Part shown: piece by piece, positions 20,333 through 29,957 of the stretch
Numbering within the stretch: the first letter of the stretch is position 1
How the letters are laid out: every line of letters starts with the position of its first letter
Assembly (NCBI GenBank): GCA_963745235.1
Contig: CAVUXE010000083.1
Coordinates: 1-44,027 of the forward strand
Direction of reading: 5' to 3'
DNA from: an uncultured Spirochaetota bacterium
Lineage (GTDB): Bacteria; Spirochaetota; Spirochaetia; SZUA-6; Fen-1364
DNA: 44,027 nucleotides
The notes under the pieces: model-generated
The model's input: only the letters and a program-made list of their open reading frames with translations
Told to the model about the DNA's origin: nothing
Databases searched by the model: none
Position numbers and translations under genes: made by a program

Positions 20333-21196
20333 GTCTCTGCTTCCGTTCCTGCGCTTCGTAGCCCAGAAGATCGTAGAGCTCCACCCTGTCATGCATCTGC
20401 CGCCACCACCTCCGCCTGCGTCCCCTGCTCGCGTATTGCGCTCAAGCACCGCCGTGGCGGCGCTGTTCATGGCGCGGCTCGCCGAGAGCGGGTACAGGGC
20501 CATGTCCACGCCCGCTCCGGCAAGCTCCGAACGCGTGAAAAGAGGGGTCAGCCCGAACTCCGTCAGGTTGGCAAGCACGGGCAGCCCTGTCGCCTCTTTG
20601 AACAACCGGTACTGCTCGAGCTTTCCCAGGGCCTCGGGGAAGATCATGTCCGCCCCCGCTTGAGCATAGGCGGCTGCACGCTCCAGCGCCCGGTCGAGCC
20701 CCTCCACCGCCACGGCGTCCGTGCGGGCCATGATGACAAACCCGCGCTCTGTGCGCGCATCGACGGCTGCCCTGATCCGGGCCACCATCTCCTGCTCGCT
20801 GACCAGAGCCTTGCCGGGCCTGTGACCGCAGCGCTTGTCCCCTACCTGGTCTTCCATGTGAATGGCGGCAACCCCGGCCCGCATCATCTCCCGCACCGTG
20901 CGCGCGATCATGAGCTCGGCGCCGAAACCGGTGTCCACGTCGACCAGCAGCGGCAGGTCCACTGTGCCCGTGATGCGCCGGGCGTCCTCCAGCACGTTGT
21001 CCAGGGTAGTCACGCCAAGGTCAGGCAATCCGAAAGAGAGGTTCGCCACTCCGGCGCCCGAGAGGTAGATGGCCCGGAAGCCGATCTGCCGGGCCATGAG
21101 CGCCACCAGCGCGTTCGACGTTCCTGCTATTTGCAGCGGTCTCTCTTCTGTCAGCGCTTTGCGGAAGCGGTCACCTGCACTGCCACTCTCCGGCAT
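20325..21196 (-). CDS. prpB: Methylisocitrate lyase (frameshift near C-terminus)
   Basis: 'YLSGAG', 'LPDLG', '[15 protein letters not shown]', '[10 protein letters not shown]'; C-terminus '[10 protein letters not shown]' in shifted frame, stop at 20325. Confidence 0.94.
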
Positions 21197-21202
21197 ACCT
21201 TC

Positions 21203-21231
21203 AGGATAGTAATTTGCCGGGGGGATTCCAA
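21203..21231 (-). promoter_or_regulatory. Promoter of prpBCD (leaderless)
   Basis: TTGGAA-17-TATCCT-6-ATG. Confidence 0.55.
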
Positions 21232-21316
21232 CAGAAATTGCGCGCTGGCGATCCCGGAGACGACAGCCGGCGCTGGCGGCCCGGGGCGCTGGCGACCCTC
21301 GCGCGCCGGCTGAGGC

Positions 21317-22537
21317 TCAGGAGGCCGGCGTGCGAGCAAGCATGCGGGCCCCCGGCGGGCGAATTCCGAAAAGGTCACGTACCAGCGGGACGAACCGCGC
21401 GAGATACGTGAAAAGCGCCACTGTCGCCCAGGAGGCCAGGACGGCAATCATCCAACGCGCCAGGACCGAAAGCCCCGTTCCCAGGAGCAGGTACGTGGCC
21501 GCCGAAAGCGGCGCAAAATGCAGGACATAGAGGGGAAACGCGAGGTCCCGAGCCATGTCCAGCGCCCTGCTCTCGTGATTGAGAAACCGGCGGCCGTAGC
21601 CCAGGGCAGCGGAAACGAGCCCGTATGCCGCCGCTCCGCGCAGGGCCTGTGCGGCGATGTTAGCGACGCTGTACCCGGCAGGCACCGGGGTCAGCCGATA
21701 GACGGCCAGCCGGGCGGCGAATGCGAGCACACCCAGGGCAAGGGCGGGCAGCCTGTTTCGCTCCAGCGCTTCCAGGAGCTCCCGCGCGCTCGCTGCAATG
21801 AATCCGAAAAGGAAGAACGAGAGGTAGACGCTGAAGTTCGCCCAGTCGTTCACGAGGTTCTGGAAACCGGGCCACCCGGGACGGAACAGGGCCTCCAGGA
21901 GCGCAATCCAGACCGCGGGGAGGAGGACCATTGCGCCCTGCGACAACCGACGCGCTCCGGCCAGGAGCCGCGAGGAGTCTCCGCGCCGTTTCACGGAGCT
22001 GAGCAGGGGCAGAGTGAGAGCCGAGAAGACGAACAGGTAGAGCAGGAACCAGAGCTGGCCGTAGTCGAAATTGCCCTTGCCCGTTGGGCCGGCGTTGATT
22101 CCGTTGAAGAAATGAGGATAGAAAGAAATGAAGCTGCCGGAAAACCTGCCGAAGGAAAGCGCCCGCAGCCATGCTTGAATGGAAATGACAAAAAGCGTGC
22201 CCAGGAGCAGGGGAAGAAGCAGCCGATTGGCCCGTTCTCCAAGGAACTGCCGGCTGTCCCTCTTGCGAAGAGACGATGCGGCGGCAATGCCGGAGACGAG
22301 GAAAAGCAGGTGCATGAACCAATTGTCCATGAAGACGGTGAACAGCCGGAATGCCGCGGGCCCCCCCGTGGCGGCGAGGCCGGCGAGCAGGAGATCCCGG
22401 ATGGGAGTGTCGTAGACGTAGACGACGCCCATGCCGGTGAAGCTGAGAGCGGCGTGGAACGGCGCCAGGGAAAGAACAACGAGGAACCGCAACCAGTCAA
22501 GGTACGCAAGTCGACCACTGGAAGAAGCCAATCTCAT
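21317..22537 (-). CDS. Acyltransferase family 3 (OpgC/MdoC-like) membrane protein
   Basis: 'RLAYLDWLR', 'H', 'MHLLFLVSG', 'R..RLLLP', 'LWFLLYLF', 'FPLYVLH'; about 10 TM segments. Confidence 0.88.
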   Translation of the reverse strand: MRLASSSGRLAYLDWLRFLVVLSLAPFHAALSFTGMGVVYVYDTPIRDLLLAGLAATGGPAAFRLFTVFMDNWFMHLLFLVSGIAAASSLRKRDSRQFLGERANRLLLPLLLGTLFVISIQAWLRALSFGRFSGSFISFYPHFFNGINAGPTGKGNFDYGQLWFLLYLFVFSALTLPLLSSVKRRGDSSRLLAGARRLSQGAMVLLPAVWIALLEALFRPGWPGFQNLVNDWANFSVYLSFFLFGFIAASARELLEALERNRLPALALGVLAFAARLAVYRLTPVPAGYSVANIAAQALRGAAAYGLVSAALGYGRRFLNHESRALDMARDLAFPLYVLHFAPLSAATYLLLGTGLSVLARWMIAVLASWATVALFTYLARFVPLVRDLFGIRPPGARMLARTPAS

Positions 22538-22592
22538 GCCCTCCTGTTGCTTTGCTCAACACCGCTGAGCCGAAATCCGGTCCCTCTCGAGG

Positions 22593-23438
22593 TCACCCGA
22601 TGGGTCTTCGCGGATCCGTGATCCATTCGCTCCATGAGCCCGGGTACAGGAGCGGGATTCCCCTGCCGGCGTGGGCGAAGGAGAGGACGTTGTGCGCGGC
22701 AGTGACGCCGGATCCACAGTAGAAAATGGTATGGCTCGCGTCCCGGGCGCCCGCAAGAGAATCGAAGCGGCTTCCCAGCTCCGCCCGTGATTTGAACAGG
22801 CCATCCCCCCTGAGGTTCTCTTCATAAGGGGCGGAGAAAGCCCCCTGAATGTGGCCCGCCACGGGGTCTATGGTCTCGTTCAGGCCCTGGTACCTCTCCG
22901 CGGCGCGGGAGTCCAGAACCATGTACGCAGGATCTGCTATGGCGGCGAGAACCTGCGCCGCATCGCAAGCCATGGCAGGTCTGAACCGGGCATCGAACAC
23001 GGTGGCTGGTCGATGCTCCGCGCCGCTTGCGCAGGGGAACCCGAGGGACCGCCACCTGGCGAGCCCCCCGTTGAGCACTGCCACGGCGTCGTGGCCGGCC
23101 CACTTCAGCAGCCACCAGAGCCTCGCCGCGGCCATGGCCCCGGTCGACTCATCATAGGCAACCACCTGGGTCCTCCCATCGATGCCGAGCCCGCCCAGCG
23201 CGCTGACCAGGGCCTCCGGGTGCGGCAGAGGATGTCTGCCCGTGGCTCCTGTGATCACCGGCCCCGAGAGGTCGCGGTCCAGGTGCGCATACACCGCGCC
23301 GACAACGTGGGATTTACCGTATTCCCGCTCTCCGCGGTCAGGCTCCCGGATTGTGAACCGACAGTCCACGAATACCCAGTCCCGGCTCTCACGATGGTCG
23401 AACGCATCCGTCGGCTCGATGATGGTCTCGAATTTCAT
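22593..23438 (-). CDS. sseA: Two-domain rhodanese / 3-mercaptopyruvate sulfurtransferase
   Basis: 'GRHPLP', 'AARLWW', 'LDSRA..RY.G..E..DPVAGHI', active loop YCGSGVTA, 'YPGSWSEW'. Confidence 0.92.
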   Translation of the reverse strand: MKFETIIEPTDAFDHRESRDWVFVDCRFTIREPDRGEREYGKSHVVGAVYAHLDRDLSGPVITGATGRHPLPHPEALVSALGGLGIDGRTQVVAYDESTGAMAAARLWWLLKWAGHDAVAVLNGGLARWRSLGFPCASGAEHRPATVFDARFRPAMACDAAQVLAAIADPAYMVLDSRAAERYQGLNETIDPVAGHIQGAFSAPYEENLRGDGLFKSRAELGSRFDSLAGARDASHTIFYCGSGVTAAHNVLSFAHAGRGIPLLYPGSWSEWITDPRRPIG

Positions 23439-23457
23439 AATCCTGTAGAATACATCC

Positions 23458-25991
23458 ATGGCAAAATCAGGCAAGGCGGGAGCATCAAAGAAGGCCAACG
23501 CAAAAAGCGGCGCCCCTCGGAAGGCCCCGAAAAGCAGGACAGCGGAGAAAGACCCCCAGGTGGAAGTCCTCAGGGAGGACTTTCTCCACAACAGGAGGTT
23601 CGCGCTCGCGAAGGACGAGTACAGCGCCACGGCTCGCGACAACTTCAACAGCCTTGCGCTCGCCGTGCGGGACAGGCTCATTGACCGCTGGCTTGCGACC
23701 CAGCAGAGCTACTACCGGCAGGACTGCAAGAGGGTGTACTACCTGTCCCTGGAGTTTCTCATAGGGCGGACCCTGGGGAACGCCCTCTTGAACCTGGGAT
23801 TGACCGGGAGCGCGGAAGCGGCCGTGCGGAAGCTGGGCTCGCGCCTGGAGGACCTCGAGGAGCTGGAGCACGACGCCGGGCTGGGAAACGGGGGGCTGGG
23901 ACGATTGGCCGCGTGCCTGCTGGACTCCATGGCCACGCTGGCCATCCCCGCGTACGGGTACGGCATCCGCTACGACTACGGGATATTCTTCCAGAGAATC
24001 CTCGGCGGGCGGCAGGTGGAGACACCCGACAACTGGCTCCGCCACGGGAACCCCTGGGAGATCGAGCGCCCCGAGCACCTGTACCCGGTCCATTTCTACG
24101 GCCGGGTTGCGCAGAAGACGGGCACTGAGGGGCGCACGGTTTTCGACTGGGTGGAGACCCAGACCGTCATGGCAATGGCCTATGACACGCCTGTGCCGGG
24201 ATACGGAAACGGCATGGTCAACAACCTTCGCCTGTGGTCGGCAAAGAGCACCCGTGAGTTCGATCTTGACTACTTCAATCACGGGGACTACGAGAAGAGC
24301 GGTCTCCGACAAGGACAGGTCAGAGACCATCACCAAGGTGCTCTACCCGAACGACAACGTGTTCGAAGGCCGCGAGCTGCGGTTGAAGCAGGAATACTTC
24401 CTGGTCTCGGCAACGCTCCAGGACATCATGCGTCGCTTCCGCAAGGGAGGCTCGTCGGCTCACGGGTCTCCCGGAAAAAGTGGCCGTTCAGCTCAACGAC
24501 ACGCACCCCTCGGTGGCCATCCTGGAGCTGATGCGCCTCCTCATGGATCGCGATGGCCTTGGATGGGACGAGGCCTGGGACATCACGGTGAGGACCTTCG
24601 GGTACACCAACCACACGGTCCTCCCGGAAGCGCTGGAGAAATGGCCGCTGGACCTCCTGTCCCGCCTGCTCCCGCGCCATGCCCAGATCCTCCTCGAGGT
24701 CAACCGCAGGTTCCTGGAAACCGTCTCGGCGCGATGGCCGGGGGACGCCGAGCGGCAGCGGCGCTTGTCCCTGATCGAGGAGGGAAGCGAGAAAAGGGTC
24801 CTCATGTCCCACCTCGCCATCGTGGGCAGCCATTCCGTCAATGGCGTCTCTTCCCTCCACACCGACATACTGAAAAAGGAGCTCTTCCCGGACTTCTTCG
24901 CTTTGTGGCCGGAGCGGTTCAACAACAAGACGAACGGGATCAGTCAGCGGCGGTGGCTGAAGCTGTGCAACCCGGGCCTTGCTGAGCTGTTGAACGAGTG
25001 GATCGGACACGGCTGGGACACGGACCTGGAGTGGCTGACCAAGCTGGCTCCGCTTGCGGATGAGGAAGGATTTCGACGGCGTTGGCGGGCAGTGAAGCAG
25101 CGGAACAAGAAGGAGCTGGCGGGCGTGATCCATCGGCTCACGGGCGTGACAGTGGACCCGGACTCTCTGTTCGACTGCCAGGTAAAGCGCATCCATGAGT
25201 ACAAGCGACAGCTCCTCAACGCGCTTCACGTCATTCACGTGTACCAGCGAATCAAGGCGGACCCGGGGGCTGACGTCGTGCCGCGGACGGTCATTTTTGC
25301 GGGCAAGGCCGCGCCCGGCTACGCGATGGCAAAGCTGATCATTCGCCTGATCCTGGCCGTAGCGGAGAAGGTGAACAGTGATCCGGACGTTGCCCGCCGG
25401 CTGAAGGTGGTGTTCCTCCCGAACTATGGAGTCAGCCTCGCGGAGAGCATCATTCCCGGCGCTGATCTCTCGGAGCAGATAGCGCTGGCAGGAACGGAGG
25501 CTTCGGGTACGGGGAACATGAAGCTTTCCCTGAACGGCGCGCTGACCATCGGAACTCTTGACGGCGCAAACGTGGAGATCAGGGCGGAGGTGGGGGCTGA
25601 GAACTTCTTCCTGTTCGGCCTGAGCGCGCAGGAGGTGGCAGAGAGAAAGCGCGCCGGCTACGATCCCCGCGCAATTCACGGGGCTGACCCCCGGCTTTCG
25701 CGGGCCCTTGAGCTCGTGTGGAGCGGCGCCTTGTGCCCCCAGGAGCCGGATGCGTTCAAGCCCGTTGTGCGAGCGCTCCTTGACGGCGGAGACCAGTACA
25801 TGCTGCTCGCGGACTTCGACTCTTACGCGGCATGCCAGGAGCGGGTTTCCGCGGCATTCAGGGACCAGGATAGCTGGTCCCGCATGTCCATTCTGAATGT
25901 CGCCCGCATGGGGAGATTTTCCAGCGACCGCACCGTGCGGGAGTACGCGGATGAGATCTGGGGAGCAAGGCCGGTTGCCGTGGATTCTTGA
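23458..25991 (+). CDS. glgP: Glycogen/starch phosphorylase (frameshifts ~24297 and ~24460)
   Basis: '[11 protein letters not shown]', '[13 protein letters not shown]', 'LRLKQEYF', 'QLNDTHP', 'KRIHEYKRQ', PLP site 'EASGTGNMK'. Confidence 0.96.
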
Positions 25992-26016
25992 CGGTTGGTG
26001 ATCCTCGAGGTATCCT
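25988..26016 (+). promoter_or_regulatory. Sigma70-type promoter upstream of structured leader and radical SAM gene
   Basis: TTGACG-17-TATCCT overlapping the glgP stop codon. Confidence 0.6.
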
Positions 26017-26100
26017 TGAAGGTGGACAGAGGACAATCCCTCCTCCACCATCCGGATCCGGGATCGACACTGCGGTTGCAGTCCCTCGACCGGATTTCTT

Positions 26101-26126
26101 AAAAGCCGGCGAAAGCCGGCTTTTTT
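26101..26126 (+). terminator. Rho-independent terminator
   Basis: aaaaGCCGGC-gaaa-GCCGGCtttttt perfect stem with U-tract. Confidence 0.88.
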
Positions 26127-26161
26127 CTGCGCAAGACACAGGAGCGAAAGGAGCGCACATC

Positions 26162-27430
26162 GTGGCTGATAGATACACCGACGCGCACGTTCCCGTGCGA
26201 GAGCGGACCTTCATCACTGCGCGCGCCGACGGCAGCCTCGTCATCCCCGCCGAGCTCGGCCGAAGGTACGGTGTGGCCCCTGGTGAGCTCTTGCGCATTG
26301 AAGCCCTCGAGAATGAGCTCCTCCTCCATCGGCCGGTCACACACCTCGCAAAGGTCCACGTGGAAACCACCAACGACTGCCCTTTTTCCTGCCGGACATG
26401 CATGCGCAACTCGTGGAATGAGACCAAGGGCTACATGGAGGAGAAGGTCTTCGCGCGCGTGGTGGAAGGGCTCGAGACTTTGCCTGTGACTCCATCCATC
26501 TTCTTCGGCGGAATTGGCGAGCCGCTCTCACACCCGGGGACGCTGACCATGATCCGACGCGTGAAGACGATTGGCGCGGAAGCCCGGATGATCACCAACG
26601 GGCTTGCGTTGGACGAGGCAACCATCGAGAGCCTCGTGGACATGGAGCTGGACACTCTGTGGGTATCGTTGGATGGGGCGACTCCGGAATGCTACGAAGA
26701 TGTGCGCCAGGCTTCGGCGCTCCCGGTGATCATCGAAAATCTCCGAGTCCTGAAGAAGGTGAAGTATCGACGGGACGCGCGAAAACCTGAGCTTGGGATT
26801 GCGTTCGTGGCGATGAAACGAAACCGGGCGGAGCTCTCGCGCGTGATCGACCTCGGCCTTCGCCTCGGCGCCTCGCAGTTTTCGATCAGCAACCTCCAGC
26901 CTCATACGGAAGCGCTTTGCGACGAGATCTTGTACGACCGGACCCTCGGTCAGTCCCCCGGCGCCTTCTCCCGGTTGGACCTTGCGCGCATGGACTCCGG
27001 CGGTGAGTGGGACCATGCGGTTGCGGCTGTCCTTTCCGATTGCGGAGTGAGGTACTCCGCCGGAAGGGCATCGACGAGGGAGGAAGATACGTGCCCGTTC
27101 GTGGACAACGGGAGCACGAGCGTCCGGTGGGACGGCAGGATCAGCCCCTGCCTGCCGCTTCTCCACTCGCACTTTGAATACCTGGGGGACCGGCGCAGAA
27201 CGATAGAGGAGTTTTCCTTCGGTTCAATTACGGAAAGAAGCCTCATCGACATATGGAATGACCCCGAATACGTGGCCTTCCGCCGTCGGTTGGAGCGCTT
27301 CGACTTCCCGCCCTGCCTGAGATGCAACGGCTGTGAAATGGCGGACGGCAACAAGGAAGACTGCTTTCACAGCGGCGCCCCCACATGCGGAGCGTGCGCA
27401 TGGGCTCAAGGCTTCATTGCGTGTCCGTGA
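26162..27430 (+). CDS. Radical SAM/SPASM protein with N-terminal AbrB-like domain, resembling tungsten-cofactor oxidoreductase radical SAM maturases
   Basis: CPFSCRTC; 'FGGIGEPL', 'ITNG', 'SLDGA'; Cys-rich SPASM tail ending 'CGACAWAQGFIACP'; N-terminal 'DGSLVIPAELGRRYGV.PGE'; SD aaggag before GTG. Confidence 0.85.
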   Translation: MADRYTDAHVPVRERTFITARADGSLVIPAELGRRYGVAPGELLRIEALENELLLHRPVTHLAKVHVETTNDCPFSCRTCMRNSWNETKGYMEEKVFARVVEGLETLPVTPSIFFGGIGEPLSHPGTLTMIRRVKTIGAEARMITNGLALDEATIESLVDMELDTLWVSLDGATPECYEDVRQASALPVIIENLRVLKKVKYRRDARKPELGIAFVAMKRNRAELSRVIDLGLRLGASQFSISNLQPHTEALCDEILYDRTLGQSPGAFSRLDLARMDSGGEWDHAVAAVLSDCGVRYSAGRASTREEDTCPFVDNGSTSVRWDGRISPCLPLLHSHFEYLGDRRRTIEEFSFGSITERSLIDIWNDPEYVAFRRRLERFDFPPCLRCNGCEMADGNKEDCFHSGAPTCGACAWAQGFIACP

Positions 27431-27442
27431 GCGCGACAGCGG

Positions 27443-28387
27443 TCATTTTCCGCGAGCGAAAAACGGCCACTGGCGTGAGCCTGGCAGCGCATACGTGTTC
27501 ACGAGGTTTATCAACTGGACGCGATTGCTCACGTCAGTCTTGCGATAAATGTTATAGACGTGATTCACCACGGTCCGGCGGGAAATGAACAGGAGGTCTC
27601 CGATGTGGGCCTCCGTGTTGCCCTCAAGGATGAGGCGGATGACCTCACGCTCGCGGTCGGAGATGCCAAATGTGTGCGCGAACAGATCCGGCACCTCCCA
27701 ACCGGTCCTGTCGTGCGGGGCAACGATGAAGCGGACGACGAGCACGATGCTGAGCGTGGAATAGGCTGACAGCCAGAGCAAAGACGCGGCGGGTACATGC
27801 CCCCAGGCGACGTTGTCGGGCAGGAGAAAAGAGGCCAGCTCGAAGAACAGCATGACGGGCAGGACGACAAGACCTGTTGCCAGGAATGCGCGAATGACCG
27901 CTCGCTGGTCCTTGTCCGTCACCGCGCGCGTGCCTGAGATCAGGATGGCGTACCCATACCCTATCCAGACGATCCTGAGGATTATGCGGACGGCGGCCAC
28001 CACCCGGTCCTGGGTCAACCCCTCGATTGCCACCAGAGCTCCGAGGGCTGCGACGACCAGACAGTACAGAGCGCCGCGACCCGCCGAGATTCGTACACCG
28101 GCTACTCCATGGGCAATCCGTGGCACGCCGTAGCCGAGCAGCATCTCCCCGGACAAGCCGAAAAACATGAATGACAGGACGAAGTAGAGATCGGTTCCGC
28201 TTGCTGTCGATCGCAGGTAGTGCGTTGCGGCGTTCGCCATGATCAACAGCGTACCGCCGAGCATGATCAAGCCCCAGTACAAGTACGCGGGGCTCGCGAA
28301 ACGCGCATGCAGCAACAGGCTGAGAGCGACGACCACGAATCCCGCGACAGTGGTAAGGAAGTAGGCAAGAGCGAGTGCATGAATCAT
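27443..28387 (-). CDS. Multi-TM membrane protein with C-terminal LuxR-type HTH regulator domain
   Basis: About 7 hydrophobic helices, then 'FGISDREREVIRLILEG.T...I.D.LFIS..TV.NHVYNIY.K..V.NRVQL'; alternative start 28393. Confidence 0.88.
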   Translation of the reverse strand: MIHALALAYFLTTVAGFVVVALSLLLHARFASPAYLYWGLIMLGGTLLIMANAATHYLRSTASGTDLYFVLSFMFFGLSGEMLLGYGVPRIAHGVAGVRISAGRGALYCLVVAALGALVAIEGLTQDRVVAAVRIILRIVWIGYGYAILISGTRAVTDKDQRAVIRAFLATGLVVLPVMLFFELASFLLPDNVAWGHVPAASLLWLSAYSTLSIVLVVRFIVAPHDRTGWEVPDLFAHTFGISDREREVIRLILEGNTEAHIGDLLFISRRTVVNHVYNIYRKTDVSNRVQLINLVNTYALPGSRQWPFFARGK

Positions 28388-28539
28388 GACCATCCCTGGA
28401 TCTCGACCAGCAGCCTGACGACTTTCAAGGGGGAGTCTGTCACAGCCGGCGCCGTGATCATGCACCGGCCCGTTTCTGCAACAACAAGGGCGGCGACGGA
28501 GACCAGGACTATGGCCGCAAGGAGGATACTTTTCTTCAT
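28384..28539 (-). CDS. 51-aa putative secreted peptide
   Basis: MKKSILLAAIVLVSVAALVVA-ETGRCMITAPAVTDSPLKVVRLLVEIQGWS; classic Sec signal; TGA overlaps the LuxR ATG (ATGA). Confidence 0.6.
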   Translation of the reverse strand: MKKSILLAAIVLVSVAALVVAETGRCMITAPAVTDSPLKVVRLLVEIQGWS

Positions 28540-28591
28540 GGCAGTCCGCCTCGGTTTACCTGGGGTTGGACTGATCCTTCTTCTTGAATCG

Positions 28592-28620
28592 ATTGTATAA
28601 TCTGATTTGCGAAATTGCAA
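28592..28620 (-). promoter_or_regulatory. Sigma70 promoter for the peptide-LuxR operon
   Basis: TTGCAA-17-TACAAT; TTGC-N6-GCAA inverted repeat overlaps the -35. Confidence 0.6.
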
Positions 28621-28658
28621 TCCTGCAGCTTCGCTGGCTCGCTCCTCGACTTCCCTCC

Positions 28659-29054
28659 CTATACGGCGACCAGGACCCACCCCGATTCGACTTTGGCCTT
28701 GTACGTGTGAATGGATTCGGTTCTGATCTGCTTCATGAGCATGTCGGCATTCCTGAGAAATGCATCGATCCGCGGAGGCGGAGGCTCGTTTCCCAGGAAA
28801 GGAGGGACCGGCCCCGAAAGGGCCTCTCCCGTGGTGACATCGAACTGGGCACAGTGCATGGCGCAGGTGAGTATGGTGCCCTCGAGCGTTCCTCTGTCCA
28901 GCGGCGCGTTCATGTGCCCGCAACGCCGATCTATCGCATAGAAGCTCCCGCCGCAATTGCAGATGACGAGCTCCCGACCGTTCAGCTCGACCGCCTTCAT
29001 TCCTCCGGCGGCAACCTCGTCGGTTTTCACGGCCCTGACGAAGGTATCACTCAA
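28659..29054 (-). CDS. Rieske [2Fe-2S] ferredoxin with C-terminal insertion
   Basis: CGH ... CAMH ligands; 'FDVTTGEALSGP'. Confidence 0.92.
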   Translation of the reverse strand: MSDTFVRAVKTDEVAAGGMKAVELNGRELVICNCGGSFYAIDRRCGHMNAPLDRGTLEGTILTCAMHCAQFDVTTGEALSGPVPPFLGNEPPPPRIDAFLRNADMLMKQIRTESIHTYKAKVESGWVLVAV

Positions 29055-29382
29055 GTCCCAATTCCTTCGCCGGCACCTGCGGCAGGCTGTCCGGGTCCGT
29101 GACGTCCTGGTGGACGAACAGCCCGCACCAGCAGCGCTTCATTGCGTCGAAATGCTTGCGATGGAACGGGATGCACGGGCAGACGATCTTCATGTCGCGA
29201 GAGCGGTCGTGACGGATCGGCTGGCAGGGACAGAAAGGAACACCGTGCCTGGTCTCCAGCGTCACCTCCTGCTCCAGGAGAAAGTCCGCCAGCTCGGCGT
29301 CCGGGGTGAACTTGTACCCCATGGGCCCGACGAGCTTGTCGAAGAACATGCGCAGCGCTCTCTTTCTGGATTCCGTGTTCAC
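29047..29382 (-). CDS. Ferredoxin:thioredoxin reductase catalytic subunit-like
   Basis: CPC ... CPC ... CWCGLF; 'GYKFTPD'. Confidence 0.9.
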   Translation of the reverse strand: MNTESRKRALRMFFDKLVGPMGYKFTPDAELADFLLEQEVTLETRHGVPFCPCQPIRHDRSRDMKIVCPCIPFHRKHFDAMKRCWCGLFVHQDVTDPDSLPQVPAKELGLE

Positions 29383-29636
29383 GTGGCGCCGCTCCCTATG
29401 CCGAGCAGCTCGGCGAACCGGTCTGGCCGGTAGCCTTCGACGACCTGGTCGCCAATGCGAACGTAGGGAAAGCCGCTGGCCCCGTTTGCATCGAGCTCAG
29501 ACATGATTCGTGCCTGGGTCGGCTCGTCGGCGAGGTCGTAATCAGTGAAGTCAAACTGGATATGATGTTCGGTGAAGAACTTCTTCGTCTTCCTGCACCA
29601 CGGGCAGGTGGACAGGGTGTACATGCTGACCTTCAT
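29379..29636 (-). CDS. Glutaredoxin (NrdH-like)
   Basis: 'MYTLSTCPWCRKTK', cis-Pro 'GFP', 'VEGY'; SD aggagg. Confidence 0.92.
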   Translation of the reverse strand: MKVSMYTLSTCPWCRKTKKFFTEHHIQFDFTDYDLADEPTQARIMSELDANGASGFPYVRIGDQVVEGYRPDRFAELLGIGSGAT

Positions 29637-29651
29637 CTATCTGCTCCTCCT

Positions 29652-29957
29652 CTATCCAACGCTGACATACACCTTGCCCGCCTCGACCTTCGCCGGGTAG
29701 ACAGCGATGCCGATCTCGGGGGCATCGAGGAACCGACCGGTCGTGATGTCAAAGCGCCAATCGTGACACGGGCAGGTGAGGGTATGGCCGTCCAGGGTGC
29801 CGCTGAAGAGCGCGCACGCCATGTGAGCGCACTTGCCCGCGACGGCGCGGATCTCTCCATCCACCCGCGCCACCACGACATTGACCCCCAGCGGGTACAC
29901 CGGCGCCATCTCGCCATCCCGGAGCGCCGAATCCTCCAACACGTATGTCCACGTCAC
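29652..29957 (-). CDS. Rieske [2Fe-2S] ferredoxin
   Basis: CAH ... CPCHDWRFDITTG; GTG start inferred 7 nt after TATACT. Confidence 0.9.
   Translation of the reverse strand: MTWTYVLEDSALRDGEMAPVYPLGVNVVVARVDGEIRAVAGKCAHMACALFSGTLDGHTLTCPCHDWRFDITTGRFLDAPEIGIAVYPAKVEAGKVYVSVG

Noticed and set aside
19649-21196. Apparent PrpB-PrpC fusion in the ORF track
   Set aside because: A frameshift near 20430 bypasses the normal PrpB C-terminus and stop (20325), which are present in another frame
26162-28539. 51-aa peptide as RiPP precursor for the SPASM enzyme
   Set aside because: Separate convergent transcription unit, Sec signal rather than a leader peptide, and no evident RRE, protease or transporter
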